12,222 nucleotides of DNA, taken from positions 1 through 12,222 of the forward strand of contig JBHLLG010000085.1 in NCBI GenBank assembly GCA_048885925.1, read 5' to 3'. The position numbers and the translations under genes were made by a program. Below, one piece after another: positions 5,934 to 12,222 of the stretch. Source of the DNA: Candidatus Hermodarchaeota archaeon. Its GTDB lineage: Archaea; Asgardarchaeota; Lokiarchaeia; Sigyniarchaeales; SOKP01. The stretch's first letter is position 1. Each line of letters begins with the position of its first letter. The notes under the pieces are model-generated. The model searched no databases, was not told where the DNA came from, and saw only the letters and a list, made by a program, of their open reading frames with translations.

Positions 5934-8900
5934 GTGAATAGAGGTTGTTTATACTTGAGAATTTTATTGTTAAGTCATCGGAATCCATATTTTCCTCCCT
6001 ATATTTTTTTAAAAACGCCTGAAGCTCTCCAAAGAGATGATATCAAACAAATTCCTTTATTAATCGATCTGTACGATAAAGGTTTTTTTAAACATACTTT
6101 TGGAACTTTTAAAACGGCTAATTTGATATTTGAAATTCAGAGTGAATATTCAAGTACACGAAAGGAGCGTCTTTTAATTTCATTAGTCGTTGATGGTAAA
6201 TCCAAAATTAATTCTACTTTAGCTGAAGAATTTTTAGAGGGATTTGTTGAGGAGTTCAAAAAAATTGAAGATAGTTTCAAGGCTTTTTATGTGGATTCTA
6301 AGGTAGATAAAGGAGATCCTACTAAATTAGAGGAAATTAGAACATTACTTAATACCTTTTATGCTTCTTTCCCGCAGGAAAAAGTCATATTTGAACAAAA
6401 AGAGGCAAGGGTATTAATTTTCGGACTTACTATGGCGGGGAAAACAACTATTATTAAAACGAGAAGAAAATCGGTATCAAAAGCAACCTTTCCAACTATA
6501 AATGTAGACATTTCAAGACTCTTAGTTAATAATGTATCTTTATTGACCTATGATATACCTGGAAAATATAAAGTTAAAGAGCTATGGAAACCTTATCTGA
6601 AAAACCAAGATGGATTGATTTTTGTTTTAGATGTTACTGACAAAGCAAGATTCTCATACGCTCGTGAATTACTACATGAAGTTGCAGGAAAACCTGAGTT
6701 AAGTGAATTGCCGCTTCTTATTCTTTTTAATAAGAGTGATTTAAAGAAACCAGATATGAATGATTTAGAAGAAGCCATGGGAGTTAAGAAACTTGGAAGG
6801 AGGCCATTGAAAACATTTTTCACAAGTGGGTCTAAAAACATAAATATCGATGAGGCATTTAATTGGCTTTCACTTAAAATTGCAGAGAGAGTCGAACGGT
6901 ATATTCCAAGAAGAGAGGTTGGAATTATCTTTTGTCGCTGGCATGAGAATTTAGGTATTAAAATCGAAGCAATATATCCTAAAGATGCATTCGAGAATCC
7001 AGAATTGATCTCTGTAAAAAGCTTTTCAACATCCCAGTTTATTTTCGGAGGAGATGAATTTAAGCCTACATCAGTTATTCTTCCATTTCCTCACTTAAAC
7101 TCAAATGCAGCAATCTATTTTGACTTTGTTCCAGATGAGAGTATTAGGGGTGGCGTTTTACCATTATCTTTAATAATTTATTACAATGAAAAAATTCCTA
7201 AAAATATAATTAACCAATTTAGCTCTTTCATACTCCAGCAATTTGACGAAATAAAAAAGCATTACTTAAGTAGAGATCAAACCATAAATATCCTTGAAAA
7301 TATTCATAGTACAATAAATAATCAAATTGATTTATATCAACCATCAATTGAAGCACTTAAAATGGCTGAATTGCGTTATGAGGCATTATTTAAGGCTGCT
7401 CGAGATGCTATTCTAATAATCGATAAAAAATCAGGAATAATAATGGATGTCAACAAAGAAGCGGAGGTTCTATTTCAACGACCATTTGAGGATTTTATTG
7501 GTATGCATTCAAGCCAAATATTAAGTGGTATAATTAATATAGATTTTAATGAAGAAGTATTAGATCAACTGAATTATCCAAATCCTTTAAGATTAGAAAT
7601 TATTGATAGTTCTGGTAACCTTATTCCTGTTGAAATTAGTGTCAATGAAGTACAGATGGGAGGTCAAATAGCTGTTCAATACATTATTCGTAACATTACT
7701 AAACGAATCGAAGCAGAAGTTAAACTAAGACATTCTGAAATAAAATATCGTCATTTATTCGAAGATTCACCCTTTTCTATACTTTTAATTGATCATAATG
7801 GAGTGTTAGTTGATTTTAATCCTGTTTTAGAAGAATCATTAGGATATACAAAAGAGGAATTAATGGGAAGGAAATTTGTAGATCTTTCAATAATCCATCA
7901 AGATTATCTATTAAGTGTTCTTGAAAGACTGAAAAGACAAGAAAGAGGTCAGATTTTTTATCCATTAGAAATTCAACTAATTCAAAAAAATGGTAGTCTC
8001 ATTTGGGTAAATATGCAGTCGTCTTTAATTGAAATTGGTGAAACCACTTTTTATCAAATTATTTGTCAGAATATAACAGAACAAAAAAAAATAGAACAAG
8101 AATTAATGAAAATTTCAAGATTAAAAGCGATTATTACAGGAATTGTATCAAGATTTGTAGGTATACAAAAATTTAATAGGGCTATAATTGATTCACTTAG
8201 AGATATTGGCGAATTTGTTCACGCAACGCGAGTATATCTTTACATTTTTAATAATAGTTTTAATTTCATAAAGTCTAGTTATTTTTGGACTCGTAAGGTA
8301 ATTTTTCCCCAAATTAATTTACCTGAAAATTTTATAATTGATAATTTTCCATGGCTAAAGGAGAAATTAAAAGAATTAGATTATTTTTATATTAAAAACG
8401 TAAATAAACTTCCTCAAGAAGCAGTAAATATAAAATATTTTCTTGAAAATCAAAAAGTGAAAAACTTTTTAGTACTTTCAATAAAAATTAACCAAACCTT
8501 AGAAGGAATAGTATGTTTTGATAATATAGACGACAAGGATTATTGGATCGAAGAAAATTTAGATTTATTAACTATTATTTCAGAAATTCTTAAAAATGTC
8601 ATACTACGTAAGTTAGCCGAAGCTACATTGCATATAAGCGAAGAAAAAATGCACGAAGAATTAGATAGAGAATATTTTTATAAGGAGCTATTCGTGAATG
8701 ATATCAATTCTATGATAAATAATATTCAATTATTCTTAGACGAATATATGAAACACGTTAATCAAATGATATTAAAGCCTAAACGAGAATTATTGGATTA
8801 TATTAAAGATCAATGTATAAACAGTCAACTTTTGATATACATAATACAAAAATTAACGATGCTTAATGAAACAAAAATTTCAATTGAACCAGTAAATCTA

Positions 8901-9326
8901 AATAATATTATTGACGATGTTAAAGAATTCATTACAAATAGTTATTCTCATAAAAAAATTATTATCGATGTTGAACATCCATCGGAAAATCTATATGTAA
9001 AAGCTGATAAGTTTCTAATTGATGTCTTTGTCAATATCCTGATTAGTTCAATTCGATATAATAGAAGTCCCGTTATTGAGATCAAAATTATTATTATCAG
9101 AAGTCAAAAGGATAACGTAAATTATATTAAAGTGAAACTTATTGATTATCAAAAAGAGATTCTAAATATTGGAAAAGAAATGATATTCCGAAAGGCAAGA
9201 GAAAAGGATAGCAAAATTAAAGAAATAATTTTAGGATTTCTTTTGGTCGAGCGAGTCTTAAACAATTACAACGGAAAAATATGGGTTGAAGGAGATTCTT
9301 TTGTTATTTTATTACCCGAAGCATAA
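5934..9326 (+). CDS. Fusion protein: longin/uDENN-like - Arf-like small GTPase - longin/uDENN-like - PAS - PAS - GAF - degenerate DHp/HATPase (pseudo histidine kinase)
   Basis: GTPase aa ~157-315: G1 GLTMAGKTT, G2 PTINV, G3 YDIPGK, Arf-like LWKPY...DGLIFVLD and PLLILFNKSD, G5 TSGSK, end EAFNWL. PAS aa ~482-592 and ~605-717, each starting YxxLF and ending NIT(K/E). GAF aa ~745-892. HK-like tail aa ~912-1130 ending GKIWVE..FVILLP. The true start is probably TTG 5955, after GAGGT at 5941-5945. No TM segment is apparent. Confidence 0.9.
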   Translation: MNRGCLYLRILLLSHRNPYFPPYIFLKTPEALQRDDIKQIPLLIDLYDKGFFKHTFGTFKTANLIFEIQSEYSSTRKERLLISLVVDGKSKINSTLAEEFLEGFVEEFKKIEDSFKAFYVDSKVDKGDPTKLEEIRTLLNTFYASFPQEKVIFEQKEARVLIFGLTMAGKTTIIKTRRKSVSKATFPTINVDISRLLVNNVSLLTYDIPGKYKVKELWKPYLKNQDGLIFVLDVTDKARFSYARELLHEVAGKPELSELPLLILFNKSDLKKPDMNDLEEAMGVKKLGRRPLKTFFTSGSKNINIDEAFNWLSLKIAERVERYIPRREVGIIFCRWHENLGIKIEAIYPKDAFENPELISVKSFSTSQFIFGGDEFKPTSVILPFPHLNSNAAIYFDFVPDESIRGGVLPLSLIIYYNEKIPKNIINQFSSFILQQFDEIKKHYLSRDQTINILENIHSTINNQIDLYQPSIEALKMAELRYEALFKAARDAILIIDKKSGIIMDVNKEAEVLFQRPFEDFIGMHSSQILSGIINIDFNEEVLDQLNYPNPLRLEIIDSSGNLIPVEISVNEVQMGGQIAVQYIIRNITKRIEAEVKLRHSEIKYRHLFEDSPFSILLIDHNGVLVDFNPVLEESLGYTKEELMGRKFVDLSIIHQDYLLSVLERLKRQERGQIFYPLEIQLIQKNGSLIWVNMQSSLIEIGETTFYQIICQNITEQKKIEQELMKISRLKAIITGIVSRFVGIQKFNRAIIDSLRDIGEFVHATRVYLYIFNNSFNFIKSSYFWTRKVIFPQINLPENFIIDNFPWLKEKLKELDYFYIKNVNKLPQEAVNIKYFLENQKVKNFLVLSIKINQTLEGIVCFDNIDDKDYWIEENLDLLTIISEILKNVILRKLAEATLHISEEKMHEELDREYFYKELFVNDINSMINNIQLFLDEYMKHVNQMILKPKRELLDYIKDQCINSQLLIYIIQKLTMLNETKISIEPVNLNNIIDDVKEFITNSYSHKKIIIDVEHPSENLYVKADKFLIDVFVNILISSIRYNRSPVIEIKIIIIRSQKDNVNYIKVKLIDYQKEILNIGKEMIFRKAREKDSKIKEIILGFLLVERVLNNYNGKIWVEGDSFVILLPEA

Positions 9327-9549
9327 ATTTTGTGTGCTTAATTCTATTTAACCCGAATTAAAAGATATCAATTATTTTTCTTTAATTTTCTTGAATGTAA
9401 ATGTATATGAGAATCATTCTTTAGAATAGAAAATTTTAGGTATAATTGGACTTTATTTCACAAACTTTTAGAAAAGAATTTCAATAAAATATTATGAAAA
9501 GGTTCTAAAACTTGAGATTTTATCTTATAAATATGAAACAATGAGATGA

Positions 9550-10377
9550 ATGCTTATTATAGAAGATAAAATAATTTTGATCACAGGCTCTACAGATGGT
9601 ATAGGATACCAAGCAGCAGTTGAACTTGTAAAATCTGGGCATTATATAATTTTACATGGAAGAAATCGGGAAAAAACTGAATTGACGATGAAACGTATTG
9701 AAATGGATACAAATAAGAAAAATTTAAGTATAGTATATGCTGATCTTAGATCTTTCTCTCAAATAAAAGAAATGGTAAATGAGATTTACGAACATTTTGA
9801 TAAATTGGACATTTTGATAAATAATGCTGGTATATATAAATCTGAACGCAGTATAACTCAAGAGGGATTAGAGGAAACTTTTGCGATAAATTATGTAGCG
9901 CCATTTCTTCTATCAAATCTTTTAATAGATTTGTTGAAAAAGAGGAAACCAAGTAGAATAGTCAATGTGGCTTCCCAAGTTCATTCTAATCATTTCAATT
10001 TTGAAAATTTACAATTTAAACAGGGATATACCGGTACTAAAGCTTATGCTCAATCAAAGACAGCTCTTATTTTATTTACATATCTACTTGCTGAAAAATT
10101 GAAAAATACTGGAATAACTGTAAATTGTCTTCATCCGGGGGTTATTAATACAAAATTATTAAAGACAGCTATGAGTTTTGGTGGAGCCTCACCAAAAAAA
10201 GGTGCAAAAACCTTAATTTATGCTGCAACAGCACCAGAATTAGAGAATGTAAGTGGAAAATATTTTGTAAATAATCGTTCAGAGCCCTCAAAAGATATTA
10301 CCTATAATAAGGGAATCCAGAAAAAACTCTGGAGAAAAACAGAAGAAATAATAGAGATGGATTTTAAATTCTACTGA
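9550..10377 (+). CDS. Classical short-chain dehydrogenase/reductase, retinol-DH/WWOX/protochlorophyllide-reductase-like subgroup
   Basis: TGSTDGIG, LINNAG, ETFAINY..PFLL, RIVNVAS, catalytic YAQSK, LHPGVINT, SGKYF. Confidence 0.95.
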   Translation: MLIIEDKIILITGSTDGIGYQAAVELVKSGHYIILHGRNREKTELTMKRIEMDTNKKNLSIVYADLRSFSQIKEMVNEIYEHFDKLDILINNAGIYKSERSITQEGLEETFAINYVAPFLLSNLLIDLLKKRKPSRIVNVASQVHSNHFNFENLQFKQGYTGTKAYAQSKTALILFTYLLAEKLKNTGITVNCLHPGVINTKLLKTAMSFGGASPKKGAKTLIYAATAPELENVSGKYFVNNRSEPSKDITYNKGIQKKLWRKTEEIIEMDFKFY

Positions 10378-11588
10378 ATATTATTGACTATAACTGTTCC
10401 AATTCGTCCCTTCAAATCTTCTGGTGTAAATGGTCCTGATTCCATAATTAATTCTCTAGCTTCATCAGCTTTTTCCCAAACGTTCCATAAGAGAACTCCT
10501 TGGACTTTTCCCTCCTTTAAGTAATATATTACACCCTCTTCTAAAGGTTCTTTCCAATCTTCTACTATATCTAATTTTGAGTTTAAAATTCCTACAGCTT
10601 CATATCCAAGGTCAAATAAGTCAGAGTAAAATAAGGATAAATGATCAAAAACATTTTCTTTGCCCGTCATATTTTGACCTGCCAATTCTCCCATCATAAG
10701 GGCGTTATCTTCATGTTCTATGCGAATGTGCTGATCGAGAGCAGAATTGTAATAAATGGCAACATCTCCAGCAGCATAGATATCAGGGTCATTTGTCTGA
10801 AGGTATTGATTTACCACAATTCCATCTTTTACTTCTAAACTTGCTTCTTCTGCGAGCTTTATATTAGGTTTAATTCCTAATCCAGCGATAATAGTATCAA
10901 ATTTCAATTTTTTTCCACTATTAGTTTCAACCAAAAATGTTTTATCCCTTTTTGTAATTTTTGTTACCAGCTCTTCTTTCATTACTTTGATATTATTTTT
11001 CCGATAATATTCATTTAAGTGATTACTTAATGTTTTCGGAAAAATCAGTGCACAAATTCCGGTTTCAGGAAAAATCATTGTAACCTCTGCATCAGGTTTG
11101 TACATTTTTATTGCCGCTGCTATTTCTGATCCGATAAAACCACCACCAATAACTCCGAATGTTTTATTTTGATCAACAAGCTTTTTCAAATTCTGATAGT
11201 CTGACAGCGTACGGTAATATATTATTCCTTTCTCTTCAACTTTAGGTAGTGTTCTAGGAATGCCACCTGTAGCAAGCAAGAGCTTTGAATAACTGTATTT
11301 ATTCCCTTTTTCATCTATAACTTTTTTATTAGGGCGATCAATTTTAGTCACTGTATGTCCAAGATGCATTGTAATATTAGCTTCATTAGTTCCTAAATCA
11401 ATATCTTCAAGTTCTTCATCACCCGTCCAAAGAGCCTTAGAAAGCGGAGGACGTGCATAAGGAGGATCCGCCTCACTACTAACTAAACCAATAGTTCCTT
11501 TGGGGTCACTCTGCCGGATGCTATGAACTGCTGCATCTGCAGTCATTCCTCCTCCAATAATTAGATATTTATAATTATAACTAGTCAT
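10371..11588 (-). CDS. FAD-dependent NAD(P)H oxidoreductase, AIF / ferredoxin-reductase / MDAR family
   Basis: YLIIGGG (FAD), PY.RPPLSK, LLLATGG, VIGGGFIGSE (NAD), TNDPDIYAAGD, RIEH, FYSDL; SD-like AGGAG upstream. Confidence 0.93.
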   Translation of the reverse strand: MTSYNYKYLIIGGGMTADAAVHSIRQSDPKGTIGLVSSEADPPYARPPLSKALWTGDEELEDIDLGTNEANITMHLGHTVTKIDRPNKKVIDEKGNKYSYSKLLLATGGIPRTLPKVEEKGIIYYRTLSDYQNLKKLVDQNKTFGVIGGGFIGSEIAAAIKMYKPDAEVTMIFPETGICALIFPKTLSNHLNEYYRKNNIKVMKEELVTKITKRDKTFLVETNSGKKLKFDTIIAGLGIKPNIKLAEEASLEVKDGIVVNQYLQTNDPDIYAAGDVAIYYNSALDQHIRIEHEDNALMMGELAGQNMTGKENVFDHLSLFYSDLFDLGYEAVGILNSKLDIVEDWKEPLEEGVIYYLKEGKVQGVLLWNVWEKADEARELIMESGPFTPEDLKGRIGTVIVNNIQ

Positions 11589-11637
11589 TTTTTTACAATC
11601 AACTCCTATTTAGATTTTCAGATTAAAAACTATCATA

Positions 11638-11645
11638 TATTTAAA
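11638..11645 (-). promoter_or_regulatory. Putative TATA box TTTAAATA for the flavoprotein gene
   Basis: About 50 nt upstream of the ATG, preceded by GAAAT (BRE-like), leaving room for the SD-containing leader (GGAG at 11606-11603). Confidence 0.4.
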
Positions 11646-11848
11646 ATTTCTTATAAATTTGTCCTAAACATGAAATATATAGTCTAATTTATTTATCCTT
11701 TTATTATAAAATATTAGAGAATATAGTTTCTTTAGATAAATAAAGTAATTATTCTGCTTTATTTATGAATTAAAAATTTAATATAAGTACAAATAAAACA
11801 ATTCGCAAACTTGGCATCTTAATACTTTTGATATTTTCTAATTTCTTT

Positions 11849-11864
11849 TTTAGTTATAACTAAA
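11849..11864. promoter_or_regulatory. Perfect 16-bp palindrome TTTAGTTATAACTAAA, candidate operator
   Basis: Lies in the divergent intergenic region between the flavoprotein and Hsp20 genes; near-identical copy at 2350-2364. Confidence 0.4.
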
Positions 11865-12023
11865 TTTAAAAGAATTTATCTAAAATTTATACTTTAAAAA
11901 TGCAATTCCATTAACATATTCTTTTTATTTGTAAAAAATTAAATTTTCTTTTTCTTTTTCATGCTAATATTAATTATCCTAATCTTTTATATTTGTAATA
12001 ATAATAATAATTTAATACTTTTA

Positions 12024-12030
12024 GAGGTGA
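12024..12030 (+). promoter_or_regulatory. Shine-Dalgarno GAGGTGA
   Basis: 4 nt before ATG 12035; TATA-like TTTTATAT at 11985-11992. Confidence 0.75.
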
Positions 12031-12034
12031 AGTT

Positions 12035-12222
12035 ATGACTGAAATTAAAGAAGAGCAAATTAAAACCGAAATTGAAGAAAAGGAAGATAAACCTGTAAAA
12101 TTAAGAGCATTTCCTGAGATTTGTGCTTTCACCAATGATGAAGGTACTGGATATGATATAGAAATTTATTTACCTGGAGTAGAAAAAGATACTATAGAAC
12201 TAAAAATGAATAAAGACTATAT
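12035..12222 (+). CDS. Small heat-shock protein (Hsp20/alpha-crystallin), 5' part, runs off the window (not in ORF track)
   Basis: MTEIKEEQIKTEIEEKEDKPVKLRAFPEICAFTNDEGTGYDIEIYLPGVEKDTIELKMNKDY. Y.IEI.LPGV.K..I.L is the alpha-crystallin domain motif; strong SD. Confidence 0.85.
   Translation, partial: MTEIKEEQIKTEIEEKEDKPVKLRAFPEICAFTNDEGTGYDIEIYLPGVEKDTIELKMNKDY

Noticed and set aside
6593-6841. 82-aa minus-strand ORF
   Set aside because: Antisense shadow inside the well-supported GTPase domain; no recognisable motif.
5934-6878. Roco (ROC-COR) or MglA assignment for the GTPase fusion
   Set aside because: No LRR or COR-like region is evident, and the motifs (LW..Y, GLIFV.D, PLLIL.NK.D, F.WL) are Arf-like.
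8667-9326. Active two-component sensor kinase
   Set aside because: The phospho-acceptor His and ATP-binding N/G boxes are substituted, and no receiver domain or response regulator is in the window.
9408-9432. GAA/TTC-rich dyad upstream of the SDR gene resembling a heat-shock element
   Set aside because: Short arms, irregular spacing and expected by chance in AT-rich DNA.
9746-9952. 68-aa minus-strand ORF
   Set aside because: Fully antisense to the SDR gene; no family signal.
10641-10838. 65-aa plus-strand ORF
   Set aside because: Antisense to the flavoprotein gene; no family signal.
1-12222. tRNA, rRNA, structured ncRNA, transposase or integrase
   Set aside because: No GC-rich structured intergenic segment or mobile-element motif seen by eye; an Infernal/tRNAscan run would be needed to exclude small RNAs formally.

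Overview
AT-rich archaeal window, most likely Asgard (Lokiarchaeia-type), judged from Roadblock/LC7, gelsolin-like, longin/uDENN-like and Arf-like GTPase domains plus GAGGTG-type RBS and TATA-like promoters. In order: 3' end of an RNase HI-like gene; a two-gene minus-strand unit (gelsolin-like + unknown domain + helical repeats, then the same unknown domain + a Roadblock domain with a frameshifted, decayed C-terminus); a membrane-anchored 7-repeat beta-propeller surface protein; a small DUF1737-like protein; a 4-TM protein; an ABM-family protein; a 1130-aa fusion of longin-like / Arf-like GTPase / longin-like / PAS / PAS / GAF / catalytically degenerate histidine kinase; a retinol-DH/WWOX-like SDR; an AIF-like flavoprotein reductase; and the 5' end of an Hsp20 gene. 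The best candidate for a new system is the GTPase-pseudokinase fusion, which appears to replace phosphorelay output with a eukaryote-type small-GTPase module. The second is a ~70-aa unnamed domain shared (~53% identity) by two adjacent genes. All domain calls are by-eye motif recognition; no searches were run.
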